From Folioceros fuciformis (Eukaryota): a DNA stretch of 50,438 nucleotides. The notes under the pieces are model-generated. The model worked only from the letters and a program-made list of their open reading frames with translations. It was not told the DNA's origin and ran no database searches. Location of the stretch: contig JBNGIO010006212.1 in the NCBI GenBank assembly GCA_049999805.1, positions 1-50,438 on the forward strand. Reading direction: 5' to 3'. The position numbers and the translations under genes are program-made. The stretch's first letter is position 1. The number at the start of each line of letters is the position of its first letter. Positions 9,270 to 20,984 of this stretch are shown here, one piece after another.

Positions 9270-12200
9270 TCAAACTGTGCTAATGCAAAGATGTTTCGGG
9301 CTGGTCCTTCCTTGTTCCATTGAAAGTTGCAGAGAGGTGGAATGGAGATTCTCTCTGCTTGCATCTTCTGCATCTGAGAGTCCTTTCTTTGTGTACTTAA
9401 CGGAAATGTGATGGGCAACACATAATCGGAGTCTTTTCAAAGAAATTATGGAGGTCCCTTTGGGTGTGATGTGTCGCCAGTTGGCATCTAGCATAGGTAG
9501 TTTCTGGCTGTGCCTGGACAGATGCTCTTCTGTATCATCACAGGATATGTCTGCCGCAATCCTTCCTTGGTTCATTTTGAATAACCGTTGTTTCGTTCTT
9601 GCTTGACTCTTTGGTTGATTCTTATACCCAACCATAAAGCTGTGCACCATCCCGTCCATGTCTGTCCACCAGCTCTGACCAGGCTCCTTCCTGGCCCTGA
9701 TTCCTTTTCTCCTTGCCTGCATCTCCCGTGCCTGCTCCCACATCTGGGCACCGGTGTAAATGTTTGATATCAGCACATATGCAGCAGCGTCGTTTACGTT
9801 CACCTTCAGTGCTTCGTCGAAAGCATGGCGTCCCACCTCCACATTGCTCCACTTTTGAGAAGCATTCAGCAGAGAGTGCCAGATTGCAGCGTTCGGCTGT
9901 ACAGGCATTGTGCTTGCCATGGCAAGTGCCTCGTCCAGGTGGCCTGCGCGGCCTAGGAGATCTACCATGCATGTGTAGTGCTCCACTGTGGGACTGATAC
10001 AGTAATCTCTGCTCATGGAATCAAAGTATTCTCTCCCCTTGTTCACCAAACCCGCATGACTGCAAACTGATAGTAAACTGAGGAATGTGATGCCGACTGG
10101 TTGTATGCCATCCTCCGTCATTTTGTGGACTAATTCAAAGACCAGTTCACTGTCTCCTTGACATGTGTACCCTGCAATCAGAGTGCTCCAAGCTACGACA
10201 TCCTTTTCAGCTAGCATGTCAAACAACTGCTGTGCATCAACCATGCTGCCAGCCTTCGCATACATGTTTATTAGACTGCTGGCTACAAACGTATCCGTTA
10301 AAAGTTCGTGTTCGATTATCTGTGCATGTAGTTGCCTCCCCAGGTGCAGAGCTGCGACATTTGCACATGCTTGCATCAGGCAGACAAATGTAGCAGCGCT
10401 GGGGACAGCGATGCCTTCTTCTTGCAAGGCAATGTAAAGAAAGAGGGCGTGTTCGCCCATGCCCAGCTGGGAATACCCTGTGATCATGACATTCCAGGAC
10501 ACCACGTCTTTCACAACAAGTGTGTCAAACACTCTACGGGCGTCTTCCAGGCTGCCGCACTTTACATACATGTTCACCAAACTGTTAGCTACAAGCACAT
10601 CAGCGTCATGTCCTTGTTCCCTAACTTGCGCATGAAGCTGCTTCCCCATCTGCAAAGCTGTGGTGCCCATACTTGAACATGCCAGAAGGAGGGACACAAA
10701 AGTCACAGAATCAGGCACAGCAATGCCTTCTTCTTCCATGACATTGAAGAGAAGAAGCGCTTCACGGCCCATGCCATGCTGTGAATAGCCTCCTATCAGG
10801 GAATTCCATGTCACCAGATCTTTTCGACCAAGTCCGTCAAACACTTTTCGGGCATCGTCCAAGCTACCACACTTTGCATACATGTTTACCAAACTGTTCG
10901 CTACAAACAAATCTGCCTCGTGTCCTTGTTCTCTAATCTGTGCGTGAAGCTCCTTCCCTGTCTCCAAAGCGAGGGTGCCAACACTTGCACATGCTTGCAG
11001 GAGGTATGAAAAGGTCACAGAATTGGGTAAAGCGAAGCCTTCGTCTTGCATAACGCGGTAAAGACGAAGGGCTTCTTGACCCATGCCCTGCTGGGAATAC
11101 CCTGCAATTAACGACGTCCACGTCACCACATCTTTCTGCGCACACCCATCAAACACTCTTTGAGCGTCTTGCAAGCTGCCACACTTTGAATACATGTTAA
11201 CCAAACTGTTGACTACAAACACATCCGCCTCAAGCCCTAGTTCTATGATCTGCGAATGAAGCAGCTTCCCCGACTCCACAGCTGGGGTGCCTACACTTGC
11301 ACATGCATGCAAGAGGCAGACAAATGTCGCAGAATTGGGTACAGCAATGCCCTCGTCCTGCATAACATTGTAGAGAGAGAGGGCTTTCTGCCCCATCCCC
11401 TGCTGGGAATACCCTGCCATCAAGGCATTCCACATCTCCACAGGCTTTTGACTAACTCTGTCAAACACTGCCTGGGCAGCTTCCAAGCTGCCACACTTTG
11501 CATACATGTTCACCAAGCTGCTTGCAACAAACACATCAGCCAGATGTCCTTGTTCTCCAATTTCCCCATGAAGCTCCTTTCCCATCTCCAATGCTGGGGT
11601 GCCCACACTTGCACATGCCTGCAAGAGGCACACAAACGTCACAGGATCAGGTACAGCCATGCCTCCACCTCGCATAGCACTGTAAAGAAGGAGGGCTTCC
11701 TGTCCCATGCCTTGCTGCGAATATGCTGCTATCATGACAGTCCAAGTCACCACATCTTTCTGTCCAAGTCCATCAAAGACTCTCTGAGCATCTGCCAAGC
11801 TGCCACACTTGGCATACATGTTCACCAGACAATTACAGACAACCAAATCATCCCCAAACCCACTGGCCAGCAAGTCAGCATGCACCTGCTGCCCAGACTC
11901 CAAGTCCGAACCTCTTGCACACGCCTGAAGGGCCGCCACAAAGACATGCCCATCTGGCTCCACACTTGACCTGAGCATTTTACGATAGAGTGTTATGGCC
12001 TGCCTGTCTTGTCCGTGTTTAACATGCGCAGAAATTATGGAAGACCACATATAGACGTCGGGCTCAGCAACCACTCCAAAGACATCCAACGCATCTTGCA
12101 ACCTGCAATGTAAAGCATACATGCGCAGAATGTGGTTGCACAGGAACGTGTCCATCTCATAGCCCGCTTTCACCACGAAAGCATGCACTCGACGACCCAA

Positions 12201-12560
12201 CACAAGATCCTTGTTCACTCCACATTTCTTAATAACAGGATAAAACAGAAACCTGGAAAGAAAACCGCCTCTCAGCACCAGCACTCCCAAAGCCTCAACC
12301 GCCTCAGTGACACGGCCATGATCACATAGCTTGTTCACGAGTTTAGCCGTTACCACGCTGTCACATCCTGCATGCCTACCAGGGATGGAATATTCAGGCA
12401 AGCTACAGCTGGAGGTGCTGGAAGATCCTTGTCCAGTCACACATCCACCTGCTGGGCCTGGCAAATTTGTGGCACATGATCTGCCCTCTGTGACTTTGCT
12501 TTTTGCCAGCAATTCATCCCTTGGAGTCAGGGAAACGGGAAGCGGAGCCCTCCTTGCCAT
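9270..12560 (-). CDS. PLS-class PPR RNA-editing factor with E domains and a degenerate WW-type DYW domain (intronless, 1096 aa)
   Basis: Repeated P-L-S triplets (NSLVNMYAKCGSLEDARRVFD, VVTWTSLIAGYSQQG), HYTCMVDLLGRAGHLDEA, PG box KEPGQSWWTDMDGMVHSF, and a decayed deaminase (HSQKL...CVAHH). Confidence 0.93.
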   Translation of the reverse strand: MARRAPLPVSLTPRDELLAKSKVTEGRSCATNLPGPAGGCVTGQGSSSTSSCSLPEYSIPGRHAGCDSVVTAKLVNKLCDHGRVTEAVEALGVLVLRGGFLSRFLFYPVIKKCGVNKDLVLGRRVHAFVVKAGYEMDTFLCNHILRMYALHCRLQDALDVFGVVAEPDVYMWSSIISAHVKHGQDRQAITLYRKMLRSSVEPDGHVFVAALQACARGSDLESGQQVHADLLASGFGDDLVVCNCLVNMYAKCGSLADAQRVFDGLGQKDVVTWTVMIAAYSQQGMGQEALLLYSAMRGGGMAVPDPVTFVCLLQACASVGTPALEMGKELHGEIGEQGHLADVFVASSLVNMYAKCGSLEAAQAVFDRVSQKPVEMWNALMAGYSQQGMGQKALSLYNVMQDEGIAVPNSATFVCLLHACASVGTPAVESGKLLHSQIIELGLEADVFVVNSLVNMYSKCGSLQDAQRVFDGCAQKDVVTWTSLIAGYSQQGMGQEALRLYRVMQDEGFALPNSVTFSYLLQACASVGTLALETGKELHAQIREQGHEADLFVANSLVNMYAKCGSLDDARKVFDGLGRKDLVTWNSLIGGYSQHGMGREALLLFNVMEEEGIAVPDSVTFVSLLLACSSMGTTALQMGKQLHAQVREQGHDADVLVANSLVNMYVKCGSLEDARRVFDTLVVKDVVSWNVMITGYSQLGMGEHALFLYIALQEEGIAVPSAATFVCLMQACANVAALHLGRQLHAQIIEHELLTDTFVASSLINMYAKAGSMVDAQQLFDMLAEKDVVAWSTLIAGYTCQGDSELVFELVHKMTEDGIQPVGITFLSLLSVCSHAGLVNKGREYFDSMSRDYCISPTVEHYTCMVDLLGRAGHLDEALAMASTMPVQPNAAIWHSLLNASQKWSNVEVGRHAFDEALKVNVNDAAAYVLISNIYTGAQMWEQAREMQARRKGIRARKEPGQSWWTDMDGMVHSFMVGYKNQPKSQARTKQRLFKMNQGRIAADISCDDTEEHLSRHSQKLPMLDANWRHITPKGTSIISLKRLRLCVAHHISVKYTKKGLSDAEDASRENLHSTSLQLSMEQGRTSPKHLCISTV

Positions 12561-12879
12561 ACTCGATAATTCACCGCTCGGTGGAGGCCACCACGGCTCC
12601 TGTTGCCCTCAATGTGCTTCAGTGGCATAGAGGAAGACAACGAACCTCGTCTTGAAGGTGCGCGCGCAGCACAATCCCACATGGAACATTTTACTTACTG
12701 TACTCCGTGGGTTCACAGCGAGTACACCACCAGAGTTTGGAGACTTTATTAGAAAACAAGAGATAGAAACCGTCTACCCGTTGAAGGAAGGAAGGGAACA
12801 ACTTCGTGAAGGGCACCGAAACCAAGGGGAGGAGTCCCTGCAATGACGTCTCTCCCAAATGATCAATCCTCCAAAGAAC

Positions 12880-13300
12880 CTCGAGATTAAGCATTTCAAA
12901 GGTCTATGCAACGTAAAAAAAATGCCATGGTGTTCACTAGGAACATAGGCGCTCACATGCTGATGATGGTCTTCACGTGGACTATTTGATTAATATGAAT
13001 TTCAATAATGCAAAACACCTAGCAGAATCTAAAGCTATATTTATTCATAAATTCTCTATGATATAGAATGGCACCATATATTCTACTTGGGTATGTAAGT
13101 GAAATATGATTCCCCTCAAACTAGATATCAAGAACACTACATTGTTGAAGTCTTGGACAAGTTCAAGGTGACACTCCTCTGGAGACAAGATGCTCTCCTT
13201 AACAAGATTATCCCACAAAACAAGAGGACATGAAGCTTATTCCATATGCTGGAGCTGTTGGCAATCTTTATCATCTAGTGCCAAATACAATACAAGACAT
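12880..13300 (+). mobile_element. Highly degraded Ty1/Copia reverse transcriptase fragment
   Basis: Around 13230-13300 it translates to MKLIPYAGAVGNLYHLVPNTIQDI, similar to Copia RT PYxxAVGSLMY...TRPDI. No long ORF. Confidence 0.55.
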
Positions 13301-13447
13301 AGAGGTCCTTAGACGTTGAGATCCCCATTTAGCTCCAATGGTAGTTAGCCCCATTGTCATCATCCTATGCAAAATACAATACAAGACATAGCTCTTTTGA
13401 CCTCATCGAGATCCTAATTTCGCTCCAATGATAGTTAGCCTCATTGG
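13282..13447. repeat. Imperfect direct duplication (~75 bp copies, ~90 bp period)
   Basis: AAATACAATACAAGACATAG...GCTCCAATG(G/A)TAGTTAGCC occurs twice. Confidence 0.7.
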
Positions 13448-13741
13448 GTTGCAGTAAAGCACTTGCACACTCTTCATGGCTCGAACACCAAGTTTGAGCT
13501 GCTCGTTCATGGCTAATTAAACTCCTCAATGTGAGGTTATTAGGTGCTTCTGTTAAAGTTCTTGACACGAGATTCTTAGGTGATATTAAAATTTATTTTG
13601 CAATCGTACATGATGTTTTCTCATTCATGGTCGATTAAAGTCCTTAACGTCAGGTTGTTGGGTGCTACGACCATTAATTTTGTAGTTGTACGCGATGTTT
13701 TCTTCTCTTATTTAGGATCTTGTAGTTCATGCTTCAATAAT

Positions 13742-15595
13742 AACATAGACTACACTCGCATCCTAGCCTTTGATTGTGTAGAGACAAAGACTACTAGTGA
13801 GAGTACATCCTTGTCTATGATTGTGTACAAACATAGACTACTAGTGCGAGTGCATCCTCATTTATAATTGTGCAGAAACATAGACTACTAATGCGAGTGC
13901 ATCTTTGTGTACGATTTTGTAGAAACATAGACTACAAGTAAGAGTGCATCCCCGTCTATGATTGTGTAGAAACATTGACTACCAAATCATCCTAGCCTGG
14001 TGTATGATTATGTAGAAACATAGACGACGACACTCTAGCCTAGTCTATGATTTTGTAGAAATATAGACTATTAGCACATCCTAGCCTAATCTATGATTCT
14101 CTATTGACATAGACTATGAGCACAACCTATTCTATGATTATGCAAAAACATAGACTAAGAGCGCATCCTAGCTTAATCTGCTGTGAGCACATCCTAGTCT
14201 AAGGTTGTGTAGAAAAATAGACTACTAGTGCATCTTAGTCTATGCTTCTATAACATGGACTAGGAGTGCATCCTAGTTAATATTGTAGAAACATAGACTC
14301 CGAGCACATCCTAGCCTAATTTATGTATTTGTAGCAACATAGACTCCCGATCGCATCCTAGTTTATAATATAGGAACATAGACTTCAAGTGCATCCTAGT
14401 CTATGATATCCTAGAAACATAGACTTTGAGTGCATACTAGTCTATGATATAGTTGAAAATAGATTTCGAGCGCATACTAGTCTACGATATTGTCGAAACA
14501 TAGACTTCGAGCGCATGCTAGATTTTATACCGTAGCGATAGACATTGAGTGCATTCTAATTTATGATATTGCGAAACATAGACTTCAAGCTCATCCTAGT
14601 CTATGATATTGTAGAAACATAGACTTCAAGTGCATTCTAGTCTATGATATTGTGAAAACATAGACTTTGAGCGCATCCTAGTCTATGATATTGTAGAAAC
14701 ATAGATTTAGAGCGCATTCTAGTCCATGATATTGTAGAAACATAGACTTCGAGCCCATGATATTGTAGAAATGGAGACTTCAAGCACATCCTAGTTTATA
14801 TTGTAGAAACATAGATGTTGAGTGCATCCTAGTCTATGATATTGTAGACATGTAGACTTCGAGCACATCCCAGTCTATGATATTGTAGAAATATAGACGT
14901 CGAACACATAGTAGTTTTTATTGTAGAAACATAGATGTCGAGCATATCCTAGTCTATGATATTGTAGAATCATAGATTTCGAGCGCATCCTAGTTGTAGA
15001 AATATAGACTTCAAGTACATTCTAGTTATATTATAGAAATATAAACTTCAAGTATATCCTAGTTTATATTGTAGAAACATAGACTTCGAATGCATCCTAG
15101 TCTATATATATTGCAGAAACATAGACTTCGAGTGCATCCTAGTCTATATATATTGTAGAAACATAGACTTCGAGTGCATCCTAGTCTATATATATTGTAG
15201 NNNNNNNNNNNNNNNNNNNNNNNNNNNNNNNNNNNNNNNNNNNNNNNNNNNNNNNNNNNNNNNNNNNNNNNNNNNNNNNNNNNNNNNNNNNNNNNNNNNN
15301 ATATTGTAGAAACATAGACTTTGAGTGCATCCTAGTCTATACATATTGTAGAAACATAGACTTTGAGTGCATCCTAGTCTATACATATTGTAGAAACATA
15401 GACTTCGAGTGCATCCTACTCTACATTATAGAAACAAAGACTTGGAGCGCATCCTACTTATAGAAATATAGACTTCAAGTACATTCTAGTTTATATTCTA
15501 GAAATATAAACTTCGAGTACATCCCAATTTATATTTTAGAAACATAGACTTCGAGTGCATCTAATCTATATTATTGTACAAACATAGACTTCGAG
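13742..15595. repeat. Tandem satellite with a 41-42 bp internally palindromic unit; spans the assembly gap at 15201-15300
   Basis: Consensus ATATTGTAGAAACATAGACTTCGAGTGCATCCTAGTCTATG, dozens of copies. CATAGACT and AGTCTATG are reverse complements. Confidence 0.95.
15201..15300. other. Assembly gap (100 N) within the satellite; true array length unknown
   Basis: Run of N flanked by near-identical satellite units. Confidence 0.99.
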
Positions 15596-16042
15596 ACGTA
15601 GACGTGCTGGAGCTGCTAGAGACCGGTGTTCTATTTAGCACGGGCTTTGTTTGTACGTGTCTGCATGGTTTCATACTACGTCTAGCGTGAAGCTCATTTT
15701 CTCAAAACACTCACTCACATTTATGGACGATACAAAAGTGAAATTGCCCATTTCAAGAAACAACAGCCACCTCCCAAACTAACCACTAGCCTAGGGGACA
15801 TCAAGGTGGCATCGACTACCATGCCGCAATGCGGCCGCAAATCCAGACCCCGCTCCAAACGACAGACCCGGGATCAAAAATGAATTCGTGGTCCCCCAAC
15901 ATCTGGATTTGTTGGTGACTGATCGAGCTAGGCAGCCAGTTGCATCCATGTCAGAGGGACCTAAAGCCAGGACTCTGCACCAAGAACAGCCACGAGAGCA
16001 GGCTCGAAGTAAGAAAAAGAGTTACCATACCTGACGAGCCCA

Positions 16043-17719
16043 TTATGCTGCAGCAACTGATGCGGTTGCCGCTCCTGGTATGTTATCAGTCTGTTTCTGT
16101 GGAGCACGACCACCTCGCTCCCCACCAGCACGCTTCCCTCGCTGGCGTCGGCGGCGTTGAACAACTGGTTCAAAGGAGTCAAGCTGCACAGGAGGGTTTC
16201 CAGGACCAAAATGCCTTAAACTCATCATCTGCTGCTGCTGATCACCAAACTGCGTAGGCTGAAAAGGACTGATAGGAGGTGAGTGCTGTCCGCCGAAGAC
16301 ATGCTGCTGGTCACCAAAGTGCGTAGGCAAAGGAGGGATGATCCAGGGTGGGTACTGTCCGGGGAAGATCTGTGCATGCGAAGGGTCAAGGATGATCCCA
16401 TGCGGGTGCTGGTCATTGACCATCTGCTGTATATTCCCCAAGCCAGGAGCAGGATAGTAGCTGTGCATGCTAGCAGGCACAGCAGGAGCAACTCCAGCTT
16501 GTGGTGCTTGCATTGGAGCAGATTGTGCCCGATGCGCTAGCATTGCCCTGCGCTCTTCCTTGGATTGAGCCACAGCCACATACAGCGGCTTTGTTCCCAC
16601 CATTCGGCTATTCATTGCAAGCATCGCACGGCTTGCCTCCTCAGGGGCTGAGAATGCCACAAATCCTGAACCCCTACTCCGTCCCTGAGGGTCTCTCGTA
16701 ACCTTGCATGAGGTTATGGTGCCGAAATCTGCAAATAATTCTCTCAACCTCTCATCATCCACGTTGTCGTCCAGGTGCTTAAGGTAGAGATTCGAAAACT
16801 TTTGCCTGGCAAGCCGCTCCTGCCATTCGTGATCAAACTTAGCACGTAGCTCTTCCTCTCGCTCAGCTTTCTTCTGGGCTCTTCCGACATACCACTTCTT
16901 ATCGTTGAACTGCTTTCCATTAAGCTCAGCCACAGCTGTTGCAGCGTCCTCCGGGTGTTCGAAGTCGACAAACCCAAAGCATTTCGACTTCCCTTCAATA
17001 TCCCTCATTACAACAGCACTGGCAATGTTCCCATAAGCTCTAAAGATGTGCCCGAGCTCCTCCTCGGTTGTGCTCTCAACAAGGTTCTTCACATAGACAT
17101 TGGTGAACTCCGACGCAGCACTAGCTTGAGCCCTCTCCCCACGCGGTACAAACGGCCCCACAAACACTTGCTTGTCGTTCAACAGCATGCCGTTCACGCT
17201 CACAATGGCATTCTGGGCATCCTCCTCCTGCTCGAACTGCACAAACCCATACCCTCTGGATTGGCCTGAGCAATCGGTGGCCACCTTGCAGGAGAGGATT
17301 GGCCCAAAGTTTATGAACGTGTCGTAGAGAGCTCTGTTATCAATGGAGCTGTCTAGGTTCTTGATGAAGATGTTGGCAGCTCCGCTCTTCCGAACACTAG
17401 AGTCCCTGTGCGAATACATAATCCGAATAGGTTTTCCTCTCACATGGGTGAAGTTCAGGACATCCAGGGCGCGCATCGCATCGTTAGCACTCCTGTAATT
17501 CACATAAGCGTACTTCAGCGAGCGTCGGGTTATGCTATCCCGACAGACTCGGATAGAGAGTACAGTCCCAATCTGGCTGAAGATCTCGTAGAGATGAGCT
17601 TCGGACACACTGGGCTCTAGGTCCCCCACGTAAAGAGGAGGCGCCAGCAACACCGGGAGAACCAACTCCGATCCAGACTGCGGAAGAGTCTGATGGGACA
17701 GCGCCTGAACCTGAGCCAT
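16043..17719 (-). CDS. Cytoplasmic poly(A)-binding protein-like, four RRMs, intronless, no MLLE domain
   Basis: Starts MAQVQ like plant PAB2 (alternative ATG at 17731). [81 protein letters not shown], then a P/Q-rich linker. Confidence 0.92.
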   Translation of the reverse strand: MAQVQALSHQTLPQSGSELVLPVLLAPPLYVGDLEPSVSEAHLYEIFSQIGTVLSIRVCRDSITRRSLKYAYVNYRSANDAMRALDVLNFTHVRGKPIRIMYSHRDSSVRKSGAANIFIKNLDSSIDNRALYDTFINFGPILSCKVATDCSGQSRGYGFVQFEQEEDAQNAIVSVNGMLLNDKQVFVGPFVPRGERAQASAASEFTNVYVKNLVESTTEEELGHIFRAYGNIASAVVMRDIEGKSKCFGFVDFEHPEDAATAVAELNGKQFNDKKWYVGRAQKKAEREEELRAKFDHEWQERLARQKFSNLYLKHLDDNVDDERLRELFADFGTITSCKVTRDPQGRSRGSGFVAFSAPEEASRAMLAMNSRMVGTKPLYVAVAQSKEERRAMLAHRAQSAPMQAPQAGVAPAVPASMHSYYPAPGLGNIQQMVNDQHPHGIILDPSHAQIFPGQYPPWIIPPLPTHFGDQQHVFGGQHSPPISPFQPTQFGDQQQQMMSLRHFGPGNPPVQLDSFEPVVQRRRRQRGKRAGGERGGRAPQKQTDNIPGAATASVAAA

Positions 17720-17861
17720 AGCCGACTCCATGTGTCGAACACGAACCTGCTCGCTCCACACACAGGTCCGGAAGGGCTCCAAACGGCGAGTCACAACCTA
17801 AACGGCGCTCCGAACGACGGGTCACCCTAAACGATTGTGTGGGATGAAGACTACACTCCGA

Positions 17862-17869
17862 ATATATAG
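17862..17869 (-). promoter_or_regulatory. Putative TATA box of the PABP-like gene
   Basis: CTATATAT on the minus strand, ~140 nt upstream of the ATG. Confidence 0.35.
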
Positions 17870-19619
17870 TGGTGCAGATTCAGTTGTCGAGACTTCCTCC
17901 CCTATACCGAGAAACCTATGAAGCATGTTGTTACACAGCACTTGGTGTCAGAGGTGTTCCAGATACATATTCGACTGACTCTGATTCACTTCAGTTCAGG
18001 CTGTCAGGCATCCTGGTGTGTTTCCTTCCTGGTTAGTACCACACGCTTCATCCTGCCATAGCTGTGACTCCATGTCCGCAAGCTGGTAGAAGCACAGTCT
18101 TCCCCTCTCCCCAGCGCGGTGACAGTTTCAGATTACCTTCAAAAAAACGCAGCCAACCGAGTCGTTTTTCGAAGGAATGATCGCAGCACACTCTGCGCCT
18201 CATCCAATCGTCCAAAGAAGATCAACCATGGAGTTGTTGGTCTCGAGGATTGGCATACACCATGGACGAGGGGCGACCACCTTGCGAGAGTGAGGAACCA
18301 AACTACAATCAGCCCCCTCTACAGGGCACACAGGGGCCAGGCAAGCCAATCTTGTAGTGTGTGCAATGGATCAGAAATGGAGGGCAGCCAGGGCTTGCCG
18401 ACAAACACGATGTCAGGCGAGGCAGAAATGGAGCCAAAATCGTGATAGCGGCAAGCACCCGGCGTGGTACGGCAGACTTTGAGACGGCTCAAAGTCTGCC
18501 TGCGATGTCTCGAAGCGATGATTCATGGATTTCTTGTCCGCTCTGCAGACAGAGTAGTAAGCTGTTGCTGTCTAGGCTAGCCAAGCGATGTGCTGCGTTT
18601 GCTCGAGCATCCGCATCCAACTCGTCTGTGTGCATCAACCGCTCGCCATGTTGTATCCATCCACATGCACACAAGTTCTACACACGTCGGTTGGGTGCTC
18701 CAAAGATCAGCCAAGAAATCACATCTGCACCCGTCCGCCTTGAACCACCGTGAAACAGGGTTACTGGGCCTGCTAATCGTTAAGTGGGTGCCACATATTC
18801 CGCACGGTTTGCATAGGTCTTAGTAGCATTTGCAAACAAGGTGAATATAATGTTCTCCACAATGGCGGGACATTCTTGTAACCCTCTTGTAACCTCGCGA
18901 AAGCAAGAGTATCTGGAACCTCTATTGCAATGGAGGCCACGGGGTCATTTGTGTAATTGCAGTAAAGACCAGACACGCCTCATGTACACAGCCGAGCAGA
19001 CGTTGGAGGTTAACACGTGAAAGGAAGCATAAATTAACAGAGCCAGTCTGGCTTCGGGTTATCTAGTTCACGCAACACAACATGCAGGCGGCCTGACGAA
19101 GGAGAAAATGCTCTATTTTCACATCAGTTCGCAGAATCCCGGGATGCTTACATGCTAGTCGCAGAGACAGGTGAAGGATTTGAAGGCGTGATGTAAGGTT
19201 GCATCCAAACCTTTTGTAAAAGGAGATTGGATTCCTCTCACGCCGGACAGACCAGAAGGAAATGCTCAGTCGGATAGTCGGCGACAGCAGTACTGGATCC
19301 GCATGGGCCGCGGTTTCAGTCACATAGGATGGGCTTGGGCTCACTGGTGGGAAGTAAAATCCGTGTTTTGAATGGAGATTGTCTTCAGCAGGAGGAATTT
19401 GGAGGTGATGCTGGCCCACTCCGACGTGCTACCAAACCTTGCTGCGACAGCAATCCAAACCGGTTAACCAAGCTCAAGCTGGTGAAGACAATGCAACGAA
19501 ACTCACTTAGGAGGAATGAAGCAGCTGGATGTGAATGTTGCATATGGGCCCACAAATCTGGGGTGGAGGCGTGGTCATGATGTAAGCAGGAGCAGCCAGA
19601 GCAGCCGCCTCAAGCAAGC

Positions 19620-20672
19620 GGTTAGCCCCTGGGCATGTCCAACAATGACCAAAAGACAAAACCGAAACGGCGGTGCGGAGGTTCGAGCCTGGCTGGTTGC
19701 AAAACTCCCATGTGCTCGCTTAAAAGCTCGACGTCCAGGGCAGACCGAGTAACCAAGTGTGAGGTCTACACAGAGAATGTCTCTACAAAGTATGGCACGG
19801 CAGGGCCTCATGCACAAAGCAGGCTCAAAAGGAATGTTGGGGCAAGAGAGCCACGACCGCGTAGGAAAAGGATGGTCTCGCGTCAAACGAAATAGAGTCA
19901 ACCTTAGATCGCTCCACAGAATCGAACCAAGAGTAGAAAAACAATATAGAATCGAGCCCAAGCATAGAAAAACAGTCAAACTTGAATCACTTGAGCCAAA
20001 GCATAGAAAAACAGTCAAACTTAGATCGCTCCGCAGAATCGAGCCAAAGCGTAGGAAAACAATATAGAATCGAGCCAAAGCATAGAAAAACAGTCAAACT
20101 TAGATTGCTCCGCAGAATCGAGCCAAAAGTTTCTGAGTGAGTGTGAAATCTTTCATCTCTGCATAGGGGGCAACAGAAGAAGAACCGCCGCAGAAAAACC
20201 GTCAACCTTAGATCGCTCCATTGCATAACAATTAGAACTACTTCAAGATTGGTGACAATGCATGGGAAGCGCACTGCTGCCATTCTCATAGATCTTGAGT
20301 TCAACATATGATGCGACTACGTGTATAGGTGTCATCCATTCGCTTTTGGTCCCAATCTGTAGATGGGTTTCCATTGCTTTCCGAGATGCAAGGGTAGGAT
20401 TATAGCCAATGTGAGACTACGAGGTTTCCAATTGGTAGATCTATTCGATAAAGCTGCTCTATTTCGAAGCCCATCCATGGCTGCACGAACCTCTAGGTTC
20501 CGCGGTCCTGAACAAGTTGGGCGCCTGCTGTACAGAGCAACACCTCCCTACACACCTCATCCTCTCCCATTGCCCGTAAGCCGATCCAACACAAGCACAT
20601 GCTGATTCGATTCTTACCGAACGCAAATAGAGTGGTCTGTAGTACTTTCTTTACCTGAGATCGTCTCAGCCA
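19620..20672 (-). repeat. Inverted copy of the unclassified repeat family (matches ~27920-28930)
   Basis: CGAGCCTGGCTGGTTGCAAAACTCCC at ~19685 is the reverse complement of ~28836-28861. Translations 20363-20605(+) and 27999-28346(-) align. Confidence 0.85.
19890..20225. repeat. Minisatellite expansion within the inverted copy
   Basis: Modules GAATCGAGCCAAAGCATAGAAAAACA and GTCAAACTTAGATCGCTCCGCA recur several times. Confidence 0.85.
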
Positions 20673-20984
20673 TAAATCGGTGCTTGGGTGGGATTCGCTT
20701 AGGGGAATTAGAAGGGATGAGCTGTAAGGGACCAAGTCCTGTAGACCACTCTATTTGCCCTGAGACAGGGCGGACCCTGGAATCGAATCAATCGGTGCTT
20801 GGGTGGGATTCGCTTAGGGGCCATTGGAAGGGATGAGCTGTGCAGGGAAGTGTTGCTCGGTATAGCAGGCGCCCCATTAGTTCAGGACCGGTGAACCTAC
20901 AGGTTCGTGCAGCCATGGACAGCATTGAGTGAATGTTAGTTGCAGGAGAAGGTGAGAGGGAATTCACAAGGTACCTGAAGGTAC

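Noticed and set aside
9270-9700. U-to-C (DYW:KP) editing enzyme
   Set aside because: The PG box is WW-type rather than KP-type, and the HxE/CxxC residues are lost.
11256-11969. 237-aa plus-strand ORF and other ORFs antisense to the PPR and PABP genes
   Set aside because: Shadow frames of real coding sequence.
13742-15595. CRISPR-like array of palindromic repeats
   Set aside because: Units are head-to-tail with no unique spacers, no cas genes are present, and the context is eukaryotic. It is a satellite.
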